Positions 10,831 through 19,889 of a stretch of DNA of 64,000 nt are shown here, in pieces. Made by a program: the position numbers and the translations under genes. This stretch comes from a virus, in IMG/VR virus record IMGVR_UViG_3300034418_011550, positions 58,133-122,132 of that record. The stretch is one strand, 5' to 3'. The notes beneath the pieces were generated by a model that was not told where the DNA came from, ran no database searches, and saw only the letters and a program-made list of their open reading frames with translations. The stretch's first letter is position 1, and every line of letters begins with the position of its first letter.

Positions 10831-11865
10831 ATGAACAGAAAAGAACTATTACAACTTCTTGAAACCATGGAACAAGAGACACCTGTCTCAAATAAACATG
10901 ATAGAGTTCTATTGATAGATGGCTTAAATTTATTCTTTAGAAACTTTACAACTATTAAGTATGTTAATGAGGCAGGTGCTCACGTTGGTGGTTTAGGAGG
11001 TTTTATTCGCTCACTTAATTTCCTTATTAAACAAATTCAACCCACATCATTATATGTTGTATTCGATGGGGTAGGTTCTTCCACTAACAGGAAGAATCTA
11101 CTTCCGGAATACAAATCAGGTCGTAATTTGACTCGAGTTACTAATTGGGATATTTTTGAGTCATTAGAAGATGAACATGACTCTAAAGTTGACCAGTTAG
11201 TTAGATTAATTCATTATCTAAAATGTCTACCTGTTAAAACTGTTAGTATTGATAAAGCAGAAGCAGATGATATTATTGCTTACTTGAGTAAAAAGTTACC
11301 TGAAAAACATAACTCCCAAGTGTTTATTGTTTCTAATGATAGAGACTTTATGCAACTGGTAAATGATAAAGTTATTCTTTATCGCCCAGCTGAAAAAGAA
11401 TTCTTTGATAAAAAAGCTGTTAAGGAAAATTTTGGAGTACTAGTTGAGAATTTTATCTTATACAAGACATTAATGGGTGATAATTCAGATAAAATTGAAG
11501 GTGTAAAAGGATTAGGTGAGAAAGGATTAAGAAAAAAGTTTCCTGAATTAGCTGAGCGTCCTATGTCTTTTAGTGATTTAATTAATTTATGTGCTTCAAA
11601 ATATAAAGAGAATGTTACTTACTCTAAAATTGTTTTTGAGGCTGATAGATTAGAAAAAAACTATAAGATTATGGATTTAAGTAATCCTATTATAGGAGAA
11701 AATGATAAAGAATATTTGGATGAATTTATTGATGAACTAGCCCCTGAATTGAATTTAAAAGCATTTATGCGTTTATATAATGAAGATGGTTTAGGGAAAA
11801 CAATTTTGAACACTGAATATGTGATAAATGAATCTTTTAAAGTATTAAACAGTTATAGAAAATAA
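10831..11865 (+). CDS. 5'-3' exonuclease / flap endonuclease (T4 RNase H-like)
   Basis: LLIDGLNLFFR, VVFDG, EADDIIAY, SNDRDFMQL, GDNSDKIEGVKGLGEK (H3TH). Start moved to 10831 because a promoter lies at 10795-10823. Confidence 0.9.
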   Translation: MNRKELLQLLETMEQETPVSNKHDRVLLIDGLNLFFRNFTTIKYVNEAGAHVGGLGGFIRSLNFLIKQIQPTSLYVVFDGVGSSTNRKNLLPEYKSGRNLTRVTNWDIFESLEDEHDSKVDQLVRLIHYLKCLPVKTVSIDKAEADDIIAYLSKKLPEKHNSQVFIVSNDRDFMQLVNDKVILYRPAEKEFFDKKAVKENFGVLVENFILYKTLMGDNSDKIEGVKGLGEKGLRKKFPELAERPMSFSDLINLCASKYKENVTYSKIVFEADRLEKNYKIMDLSNPIIGENDKEYLDEFIDELAPELNLKAFMRLYNEDGLGKTILNTEYVINESFKVLNSYRK

Positions 11866-11870
11866 GTTAT

Positions 11871-13238
11871 ATGACATTAAATAATTTGTCCCAATATGGT
11901 ATTGGGTTCCAGATCAAAGTATTATCTTCCTTGCTAACTCACAAGGAATTTTTACTCAACATTCAAGACGTTTTGAGTGAAGAATATTTTGATAATCAAG
12001 CACATAAATGGATTATTAAACATATCCTAGATTACTTCCAAAAATATCATGCTTGTCCTAGTATGGATGTTTTGAAAGTAGAGTTAAAAAAGATTGATAA
12101 TGAAGTACTTCAGGTCTCAATTAAAGAACAACTTCGTGAAGCTTATAAAGCATCCGATGAAGATTTAAAGTATGTTGAAGAAGAATTTTCTAACTTTTGT
12201 AAAAACCAACAGCTTAAAAAAGCGTTGTTAACAAGTGTAGACTTTCTTAATGCCGGAGATTATGACTCTATAAGAATGATGATTGATAACGCCTTAAAAG
12301 CGGGTCAAGACAAAAATTTAGGCCATGAGTATAATAAAGATACTGAGTCTAGATATAGAGAAGATCAAAGATTAGCTGTACCTACACCTTGGGAACCATT
12401 TAATGATTTACTAATGGGAGGTCTAGGAGGAGGCGATTTTGGTCTTATATTTGGTAATCCAGGTGGTGGTAAATCTTGGTCACTAGTTGCTTTAGGTGGC
12501 TATGCTGTTAAGTTAGGTTATAATGTTATCCACTATACTCTTGAGTTAGGTGCTGATTATGTAGGACGTCGTTATGACGCTTTCTTTACTAATATTCCTG
12601 TAAATAAAATTTTACAACATAAAACAAAAGTTGAAGAATTAGTACCTCAATTAGAAGGACAGTTAATTATCAAAGAATATCCAACAGGTAAGGCATCTAT
12701 TTCAACTATTGAAACACATATTAAAAAGTGTATTGATTTAGATTTTAAACCAGATTTAATTATTATTGACTATGTTGATCTTCTTCGTTCAAAAAGAAAG
12801 AATCGTGAGCGTAAGGATGAGATTGATGATATTTATATTAGCACTAAGGGACTTGCTAGAGAGTTAAATATTCCTATTTGGAGTGTATCTCAAGTTAATC
12901 GTGCTGGTGCAAAGGATGATATTATTGAAGGTGATAAAGCAGCCGGTTCTTATGACAAAATCATGATTACTGATGTTGCAATATCCTTATCAAGGAAACG
13001 TCAAGATAAAGTAAATGGGACAGGAAGATTTCACATTATGAAAAACAGATACGGTATGGACGGCCTAACGTTCTCTGTGAAAGCAGATACTTCAACTGGT
13101 CATTTTGAAGTGTCGACCCATGTTATAGACGATGATGAGGAACCAACAAATCAATCCAACAGCACTAATTTTGGTGGAATTGACTCAGTAGACAAAGCCC
13201 TTATTAGAAACAAATTTTTCGAATTACAAACAGACTAA
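11871..13238 (+). CDS. DnaB-like replicative helicase (T4 gp41-like)
   Basis: Walker A GNPGGGKS, IIIDYVDLL, SQVNR, KNRYG. Confidence 0.9.
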   Translation: MTLNNLSQYGIGFQIKVLSSLLTHKEFLLNIQDVLSEEYFDNQAHKWIIKHILDYFQKYHACPSMDVLKVELKKIDNEVLQVSIKEQLREAYKASDEDLKYVEEEFSNFCKNQQLKKALLTSVDFLNAGDYDSIRMMIDNALKAGQDKNLGHEYNKDTESRYREDQRLAVPTPWEPFNDLLMGGLGGGDFGLIFGNPGGGKSWSLVALGGYAVKLGYNVIHYTLELGADYVGRRYDAFFTNIPVNKILQHKTKVEELVPQLEGQLIIKEYPTGKASISTIETHIKKCIDLDFKPDLIIIDYVDLLRSKRKNRERKDEIDDIYISTKGLARELNIPIWSVSQVNRAGAKDDIIEGDKAAGSYDKIMITDVAISLSRKRQDKVNGTGRFHIMKNRYGMDGLTFSVKADTSTGHFEVSTHVIDDDEEPTNQSNSTNFGGIDSVDKALIRNKFFELQTD

Positions 13239-13252
13239 ATTATTATTAAAAA

Positions 13253-15109
13253 ATGTTAACAACAGAATCACAAATTTTGTCGGAAATTACTACCCATCTT
13301 AAGTATGCCAAATACGTGCCTGAAAAAAACAGACGCGAAACTTGGGATGAGTTGGTTACCCGAAACAAGGAAATGCACATTGAAAAATTCCCTCATTTGG
13401 CTGAGGAAATTGAGTCCGCCTACAAGTACGTTTATGATAAAAAGGTACTACCATCAATGCGTTCAATGCAATTTGCTGGTAAGCCTATTGACATAAACAA
13501 TGCTCGTATTTTTAACTGTTCCTATTTGCCTATTGATGATTATAGAGCATTTTCGGAAATTATGTTCTTATTACTTTCAGGATGCGGAGTAGGTTATTCA
13601 GTACAAACCCACCATGTAGAAAATTTACCTGAAATTAGAAAACCACTTAAGTGGAAACGTTATCTAGTAGGTGATTCTATTGAGGGATGGGCTGATGCTG
13701 TTCGTATGTTAACTAAAGCTTATTTTGGTTATACTTCTACTGGTCCTATTTTTGACTTTAGAGATATTCGTCCAAAAGGAGCTTCACTTATTACTGTTGG
13801 AGGTAAAGCACCTGGTCCTGAACCATTGAAAATTGCTTTAGTACAAGTACAAGCTATTTTAGACCGTAAACAAGATGGTGAAAGATTAACAACTTTAGAA
13901 GCACATGACATTATTTGTCACTTAGCGGATGCTGTTTTGTCTGGGGGGATTCGTAGAGCTGCTCTTATTGCTTTATTTAATTTACATGACAATGATATGT
14001 TAACTTGTAAATTTGGAAGTTGGTGGGAAAATAATCCACAACGAGGTAGAGCAAATAACTCAGCAGTATTGCTTCGTAGCAAAATCGATAAAGAAACATT
14101 CTTGGATTTATGGAAGAAAATTGAAGCATCAAATAGCGGAGAACCAGGTTTCTTATTTACAAATGATAAAGATGCTGGGACTAACCCATGTGCCGAAATT
14201 AATTTGAAACCAAACCAATTCTGTAATTTGTGTGAGATCAATGCTTCAGATATTGAAACACAAGAAGAATATAATGCGAGAGCTAAAGCAGCAGCATTTA
14301 TTGGTACATTACAAGCTAGTTATACTGACTTCCATTATTTAAGAGATGTTTGGAGAAAAACAACTGAAAAAGAAGCATTATTAGGTATCGGAATGACAGG
14401 TATCGCTTCAGGAGCTATCTTTAAATTAAATATGAAAGAAGCAGCTAAAGTAGCTTGTGATGAAAATGAAAGAGTAGCTGAAATTTTAGGTATTAGAAAA
14501 GCAGCTCGTGTTACCACAGTTAAACCATCAGGTACTACTTCATTAGTATTAGGTACAAGTTCAGGTATTCATGCTTGGCATGATGATTATTATATGCGTC
14601 GTATTCGTTTAGGTAAAAATGAAGCGTTGTATCAATATTTAGCTGTTTATCATCCTGAAATGTTGGAAGATGATTTCTTCAAACCAGAAATTCAAGCAGT
14701 AGTATCTGTACCACAACAATCTCCTGAAGGTGCTATTACACGTAAAGAATCAGCTATGGATTTGTTAGAGCGTATTAAAACAATTAATAAAAATTGGATT
14801 AAGCCAGGTCATAGAAAAGGTTCAAACATGCATAATGTATCTGCTACAGTAACTATTAAACAAGATGAGTGGGATACAGTAGGTGAGTGGTTGTATGAAA
14901 ATAAAGAATACTTTACTGCTTTATCTTTCTTACCTGAAGATTTAGGTACTTATAAACAAGCTCCTTTTGAAACCATTACAAAAGAAGAGTTTGAAAAAGC
15001 TGTAGAATCATTACATGCTGTAGATTTATCTAAAGTTATTGAAGTAACGGATAATACAGCATTAATGGATCAAGCAGCTTGCGCTGGTGGAGCTTGTGAA
15101 ATAGTATAA
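13253..15109 (+). CDS. nrdJ: Class II (adenosylcobalamin-dependent) ribonucleotide reductase
   Basis: PSMRSMQF, FNCS, TNPCAEI, TTVKPSGT, C-terminal CAGGACE Cys pair. Confidence 0.88.
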   Translation: MLTTESQILSEITTHLKYAKYVPEKNRRETWDELVTRNKEMHIEKFPHLAEEIESAYKYVYDKKVLPSMRSMQFAGKPIDINNARIFNCSYLPIDDYRAFSEIMFLLLSGCGVGYSVQTHHVENLPEIRKPLKWKRYLVGDSIEGWADAVRMLTKAYFGYTSTGPIFDFRDIRPKGASLITVGGKAPGPEPLKIALVQVQAILDRKQDGERLTTLEAHDIICHLADAVLSGGIRRAALIALFNLHDNDMLTCKFGSWWENNPQRGRANNSAVLLRSKIDKETFLDLWKKIEASNSGEPGFLFTNDKDAGTNPCAEINLKPNQFCNLCEINASDIETQEEYNARAKAAAFIGTLQASYTDFHYLRDVWRKTTEKEALLGIGMTGIASGAIFKLNMKEAAKVACDENERVAEILGIRKAARVTTVKPSGTTSLVLGTSSGIHAWHDDYYMRRIRLGKNEALYQYLAVYHPEMLEDDFFKPEIQAVVSVPQQSPEGAITRKESAMDLLERIKTINKNWIKPGHRKGSNMHNVSATVTIKQDEWDTVGEWLYENKEYFTALSFLPEDLGTYKQAPFETITKEEFEKAVESLHAVDLSKVIEVTDNTALMDQAACAGGACEIV

Positions 15110-15121
15110 TATTTATTAGAT

Positions 15122-16450
15122 ATGTGGAATAGTATAAGAGAAAGAATTTTCCCATTTATTATAGCACTTTCCGCATTATCTGTAAGTGCATCAGCGGCTT
15201 TTTATAGTGTTACTGGTCTTAGTTTATTATTTGCTGGGGCCAGTTTCGCTGTAATTATAATGGCTTCTTCTTTAGAGATAGCTAAATTAGTAACAGCATC
15301 TTTATTATATCAATATTGGGAAAAACTAAATAAAGTATTAAGAACATACCTCACAATAGCAGCGTTTATTCTTATTTTAATTACATCAGCAGGTATTTAT
15401 GGTTTCTTATCTGCTGCTTATCAAGCTACTGCTAATAAAGCAGGTATAGTAGAGAACCAAATCAAATTATTAGAAACTAAAAAGACCTCATTTGAAAAAA
15501 TCAAAGGACAATATGAGGTAGAAAAACAATCAATAACACAAAATATAACTTCATTAAGAAATGCTCTTGGAAACAATAATCAGTCTTATGTGGATAATAA
15601 TGGCAATGTCATTAGTTATTCTTCCTCAGCAAACAGAAAATCTTTTGAGAAACAGCTGGAAGTGGCTATCCAAAAAGATGAACAACTTACAACAAAAGTA
15701 CAAACGTACAACGACTCGATAATCAATTTAGAGACCCGAATTGTTAAAACCCAAAATAATTCAGAAGTAGCAGCTGAATTAGGTCCTTTAAAATATTTAG
15801 CTAATTTAACAGGAGTTACTATGGATAGAATCATTAACTGGTTCTTATTAGTAATTATTTTTGTATTTGATCCTTTAGCTATTGCTTTAGTAGTAGCAGC
15901 AAACTTTGCCTTTGCTCAATTAAAGAAAAAAGATACACCTAAACCTTTAGAAAATGATGAAGAATTAGAAGAAGCTAGTTTAGTAGATCTTCAAATTCTA
16001 GAACAAGAAGAACAAGAAAAACCAATTCCTGTATTTATGGACCCTAAATCAGGTAAACTTTATTATGAAGAACCTGAAGAAGAAGGGGACGAGGATCATG
16101 CTCAAGATATGGTTTTAAATGCTATGGTTGAAGATATGACAGATGAAGAAATTCAAGAAGTTATAGATACTGATGGTGATGGAAAAATAAGTGAGGAAGA
16201 ATTAATAAACTATATCAATAATATAGATTCAGATAATAGCGGAGACATAGATTTAGAAGAAGCTAAAAAAGCAGGTATAGATCCTGAACTTATTGATCAA
16301 ATAAATAGACTTAAGTCTTTATTAGGAAGTACCTTATTATCTGATCCTGGTACTTTAGGTTTAAGAACAGAAATAGCATTTTTAAAACAGCAAATCTTAA
16401 GCCAATTAAATAAAAAAAAGGATGATGATGATACTATAACTGTATTTTAA
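15122..16450 (+). CDS. Membrane protein: N-terminal TM helices, coiled coil, TM helix and acidic tail with two EF-hand-type Ca2+-binding loops
   Basis: Hydrophobic N-terminus; DTDGDGKISEEE (16166-16201) and DSDNSGDIDLEE (16226-16261) both fit DxDxDGxIxxxE. Confidence 0.6.
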   Translation: MWNSIRERIFPFIIALSALSVSASAAFYSVTGLSLLFAGASFAVIIMASSLEIAKLVTASLLYQYWEKLNKVLRTYLTIAAFILILITSAGIYGFLSAAYQATANKAGIVENQIKLLETKKTSFEKIKGQYEVEKQSITQNITSLRNALGNNNQSYVDNNGNVISYSSSANRKSFEKQLEVAIQKDEQLTTKVQTYNDSIINLETRIVKTQNNSEVAAELGPLKYLANLTGVTMDRIINWFLLVIIFVFDPLAIALVVAANFAFAQLKKKDTPKPLENDEELEEASLVDLQILEQEEQEKPIPVFMDPKSGKLYYEEPEEEGDEDHAQDMVLNAMVEDMTDEEIQEVIDTDGDGKISEEELINYINNIDSDNSGDIDLEEAKKAGIDPELIDQINRLKSLLGSTLLSDPGTLGLRTEIAFLKQQILSQLNKKKDDDDTITVF

Positions 16451-16540
16451 AATCTTTTTGGAAAGGGTTACAAGGGGTTTGGCTCATCCGAACATATATG
16501 TTATATTTATATCATAATAAAGAAACAAGAAATAAAGGTT

Positions 16541-17353
16541 ATGCAAAACATCAAAGTAGTAAAAAGAGGTCGTCCAAGTAACAAAAACGTTCAAAACGCA
16601 ACTTTCGTTCCCTCACTTATTGATTTTAGTAAAGTTACCAAATTAGACAATTTGGACATTGATCCCAAAATGATGTCCACTATGAAAACAGGTTTGGCTG
16701 TTGATAAATTGATTTCACATGAAGGTGGTATTCCGGCCGCAACTAACATTATGATGATTGGTGACCCAGGTGTTGGTAAAACCACTGTGTTGTTGGATGT
16801 TTTGAGTGCCGCTCAAAATAAAGGTAACAAATGTTTATTCATCTCAGGTGAGATGGGTAAAAAGCAAATGTTTAAATACACACAACGTTTTCCACAGTTT
16901 GGAAATATCGAAACATTGTTTATGCAAGATTTTTTAGAGTATAACACTAAAGATGTAATTGAACAAGTTTTGGACCGTGGTTATGATTTAGTTTTGGTTG
17001 ACAGTGCTGCTGAAATTATTGATGGTGTACGTGATGATAATAATTGGGATCGTAAAATGGCTGAAAGCTGGTTGGTTGATGTTTGTGTAAAGAACAACAA
17101 AGGTGAGAACAAAACCAAAAGTTTCACTTCGTTTATGTTGATTCAACAAGTTACCAAAGCAGGTGTATTCGCAGGTTCAAACAAATTGAAGCATTTAGTT
17201 GATGCAATGGGAGAGATGCGCCGCGAATCAGAGCGTGATGGTGGTGGAACATTTATCAATTTTAACAAGAACCGTAACGGTTTGGTTGACGTTAAAATGT
17301 ACTTTGAATTGTCAAACAGTGTTATCCGTTACGGAACCACTGTTAAGGCTTAA
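16541..17353 (+). CDS. RadA/Sms-like RecA-superfamily ATPase with an N-terminal AT-hook
   Basis: GDPGVGKTT, FISGEM, LVLVDS, QVTKAGVFAGSNKLKHLVDA, KNR; KRGRP near the N-terminus. Confidence 0.75.
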   Translation: MQNIKVVKRGRPSNKNVQNATFVPSLIDFSKVTKLDNLDIDPKMMSTMKTGLAVDKLISHEGGIPAATNIMMIGDPGVGKTTVLLDVLSAAQNKGNKCLFISGEMGKKQMFKYTQRFPQFGNIETLFMQDFLEYNTKDVIEQVLDRGYDLVLVDSAAEIIDGVRDDNNWDRKMAESWLVDVCVKNNKGENKTKSFTSFMLIQQVTKAGVFAGSNKLKHLVDAMGEMRRESERDGGGTFINFNKNRNGLVDVKMYFELSNSVIRYGTTVKA

Positions 17354-17394
17354 TAAGGTTGTCCAACCTTAAAATGGACTAGAGCTACGAAGGC

Positions 17395-17426
17395 AAACAA
17401 GGGTGAAGAAATTCACCTTCTTGTTT
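17395..17426 (+). terminator. GAAA-tetraloop hairpin after the RadA-like gene
   Basis: AAACAAG-GGTGAA-GAAA-TTCACC-TT-CTTGTTT. Confidence 0.6.
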
Positions 17427-17486
17427 GGCTTATTCAAATACCTATGTTATATTTATATCATAATAAAGAAACAAGAAATAAAGGTT

Positions 17487-17762
17487 ATGCAAAAACAATT
17501 TGAAACAGCAACAGAAGTATTTGAATTTACTGTTAATTTAGGTGGATTTAGAGGTAAAAAAGTATTTGAATTTTTCCCATCAGAGAATAAAAAATACGGT
17601 CCAGGTTCAGTTCGTGAATTAAGTTTGTTTGGCCAAAGCATGAATGTCAGTTCAGCTACAAAGCAAGGATTGATGTTGTATTCATTTGATATTTTAGGTA
17701 AAAAAATAACCAACAAGATCAAATTTGAAGATATTGAATTAGGGAATACATTAGATAAATAA
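17487..17762 (+). CDS. Hypothetical protein (start reassigned to 17487)
   Basis: The ATG follows the duplicated 52-bp promoter/leader. Confidence 0.55.
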   Translation: MQKQFETATEVFEFTVNLGGFRGKKVFEFFPSENKKYGPGSVRELSLFGQSMNVSSATKQGLMLYSFDILGKKITNKIKFEDIELGNTLDK

Positions 17763-17766
17763 GAAA

Positions 17767-18258
17767 TTGATGCATTCAAGAGAAACAGTTACTAAAAAAC
17801 TCAAAAAACTTAAACCTCTTAAATACAGTCAGTTTCGATGGTGGAGGACATATCAAGTTCCTCCATCTCTCCCTAAATCAGTTCATATTGAGAAAAGAAT
17901 TCAGAATGGAGATTTTGAACCATCTCCTTATTTTTGGATGGCTCAAGAAGCACTTTGGGAAAAACATGATCTAGACCAATTAAATCTTGAACCATTTCAA
18001 AGAGCAAAACGTGGTGGTTTACTTTTAGCTAAGTATGAAAGACTAATGCATGATTTTGAAGTTGATGATACTGAGAGATTAGATAGTTTTATTGATGCTA
18101 TTTATGATTATTTTGAAATTAAAAAATCAGATGCAGAAGAGGAGATAAAAAAGTTTGGCAAGTCTGTATCTGCTTATTATAATTATGCTTGTAAAAAATA
18201 TACAGTGCGTAGAGTAGCACCTAAAAAACGTGGACGCCCTAAAAAAATAGTTATATGA
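17767..18258 (+). CDS. Hypothetical protein with a C-terminal AT-hook
   Basis: Ends PKKRGRPKKIVI. Confidence 0.5.
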   Translation: MMHSRETVTKKLKKLKPLKYSQFRWWRTYQVPPSLPKSVHIEKRIQNGDFEPSPYFWMAQEALWEKHDLDQLNLEPFQRAKRGGLLLAKYERLMHDFEVDDTERLDSFIDAIYDYFEIKKSDAEEEIKKFGKSVSAYYNYACKKYTVRRVAPKKRGRPKKIVI

Positions 18259-19043
18259 AAATATCACATGAAGTACCTTTATTCCTATTAGAAGATAGTC
18301 AAAAATTTAATGACTATGATTATGCTCTAGTTCATTTACTAGATTCAGACCAAGACTATGCTAATTATTTTATTAAAGCTAAACAAGAAGGTCGCTATAT
18401 TATTTTAGATAATTCACTTCATGAACTAGGAACAGCATACAATGACTCAGGTTTATTACATTGGATTGATAAAATTCGTCCTAATGAATTTATTGTTCCT
18501 GATGTTTGGGAAGATTGCACTCAGTCTATAGTTAATGCTAGAAAATGGACTCAAATTGAATTACCTGATGAAGTTACTAAAGTAGCGGTTGTACAAGCTA
18601 AAAGTGTTAGAGAAGCAATTACCTGCTATCAGACGTATAGAGATTTAGGATATAAAAAGATTGCTTTCTCATATGGTGCTAATTATTATTTAGATCATTC
18701 GTCACATCCAAATAAAAATCTAGCTAAAGCATTAGGTCGAATTGAGATTGTAAGTCGTTTGTATAATTCTAATATTATTAATCATACAGATAGAGTACAT
18801 TTGTTAGGTTGTCAAGTACCACAAGAGTTTAGTTGGTATTTAGATATGCCTTTTATTGAAACTATTGATACATCAAATCCTATTATGGCTACTATTGATG
18901 ATATGCCTTATAGTCCTATTGGTTTAACAGAAAAACCAAAAGCAAATATGAATGATCATTTTTATATGGCTGCTGAAGATATGGATTTTGATTTATTGAT
19001 GTGGAATCTTGATAAATTTAGAGAATTATTAAAAAAATATTAA
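18255..19043 (+). CDS. dpdA: TGT-fold base-exchange transglycosylase, DpdA-like
   Basis: TGT-like motifs in order: ILDNS, PDV, VVQA, HLLG, IDTS; ~850 bp upstream of queC. Confidence 0.65.
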   Translation: MKISHEVPLFLLEDSQKFNDYDYALVHLLDSDQDYANYFIKAKQEGRYIILDNSLHELGTAYNDSGLLHWIDKIRPNEFIVPDVWEDCTQSIVNARKWTQIELPDEVTKVAVVQAKSVREAITCYQTYRDLGYKKIAFSYGANYYLDHSSHPNKNLAKALGRIEIVSRLYNSNIINHTDRVHLLGCQVPQEFSWYLDMPFIETIDTSNPIMATIDDMPYSPIGLTEKPKANMNDHFYMAAEDMDFDLLMWNLDKFRELLKKY

Positions 19044-19528
19044 TGCAAGTATTTTTACCATACCCAGACTTTAAAAAGTCATTAGAATCTTTAGACGATA
19101 AACGTCTAGGTAAGCAACGTGTTGAAACATATCAACTTATTGCTGGTTTAGAAGGTCGACCAACATTGACTGGAAAACCTTATTCTAAAGGTCGAGTAAA
19201 CCATCCTATAAGTAAGATGTTTAGAGATAATATACCAGCGTTAAAGCACTATTTAAATGTGTCTATAGACGTTTGGGTTGAAAGAGGCAAAAATAATACT
19301 ATGAAAAAAGAAGAAATCAATGAGGAAATTACTATGCCTTTTTGGTTTGGAGATGAAGAATTTCATAAGTCACATAGAGCAAATTTGTTAAGAAAAGACG
19401 CTAATTATTATGGAGCCCATGGTTGGAATGATGATCCTGAATTACCTTACAGATGGTATGATATGGATAAAAAACAATGGTATGACCAAACAGTAGGAAC
19501 AAAAGAAAGAATATATTTAAATAAATAA
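19043..19528 (+). CDS. Pyrimidine-dimer DNA glycosylase / endonuclease V-like protein
   Basis: MQVFLPYPDF...LDDKRLGKQRVE...HP...H..HRANLLRKD pattern. Confidence 0.65.
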   Translation: MQVFLPYPDFKKSLESLDDKRLGKQRVETYQLIAGLEGRPTLTGKPYSKGRVNHPISKMFRDNIPALKHYLNVSIDVWVERGKNNTMKKEEINEEITMPFWFGDEEFHKSHRANLLRKDANYYGAHGWNDDPELPYRWYDMDKKQWYDQTVGTKERIYLNK

Positions 19529-19531
19529 CCC

Positions 19532-19747
19532 ATGGAAAAAGAAATGTTATCACTTTATGATTACCTAGGACGAGCAGCTGGTCCTGACTTAGGTGAAGAA
19601 GTAGCTAAAGCAGCTACAGCTGAAAAAATTAAAATAAGCGCTAAGTATGTATCAAACCCTAAATACTCAGGAGAAATTTTAATGTATCCTAAAGAGTGGC
19701 TAGATAAATACTTTAAAGTTTCACAAGTAGATGAATTGCCCTTTTAA
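19532..19747 (+). CDS. Hypothetical protein
   Basis: ORF fills the gap within the operon; ends DELPF. Confidence 0.45.
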   Translation: MEKEMLSLYDYLGRAAGPDLGEEVAKAATAEKIKISAKYVSNPKYSGEILMYPKEWLDKYFKVSQVDELPF

Positions 19748-19748
19748 T

Positions 19749-19889
19749 ATGAGCAATGTAGATACAAACCCAGCATGGGAAAAGATGTTTAAAGAAGTTC
19801 TAGATGAAATTCTTAAAAATTGTGCTTTCCTTACCTTGGAAGATTACCAAGAGTTAGTTAAATTATCAAATAAAAAAGAAAATGAATAA
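19749..19889 (+). CDS. Small hypothetical protein (46 aa, not in ORF track)
   Basis: MSNVDTNPAWEKMF...KENE*; fills the gap and overlaps the queC start. Confidence 0.4.
   Translation: MSNVDTNPAWEKMFKEVLDEILKNCAFLTLEDYQELVKLSNKKENE

Larger units (their letters stand above)
16497..17494 (+). repeat. Exact 52-bp direct repeat covering promoter -10, leader and first codons
   Basis: TATGTTATATTTATATCATAATAAAGAAACAAGAAATAAAGGTTATGCAAAA at 16497-16548 and 17443-17494. Confidence 0.92.

Noticed and set aside
17354-17430. PreQ1-I riboswitch, c-di-GMP-I riboswitch (GGCAAAC...GAAA) or pistol/HDV ribozyme
   Set aside because: Required downstream consensus elements (A-rich AAAAAACUA tail, GACGCAAAGC, nested P1.1/P4 architecture) are missing; kept only as an unclassified structure.
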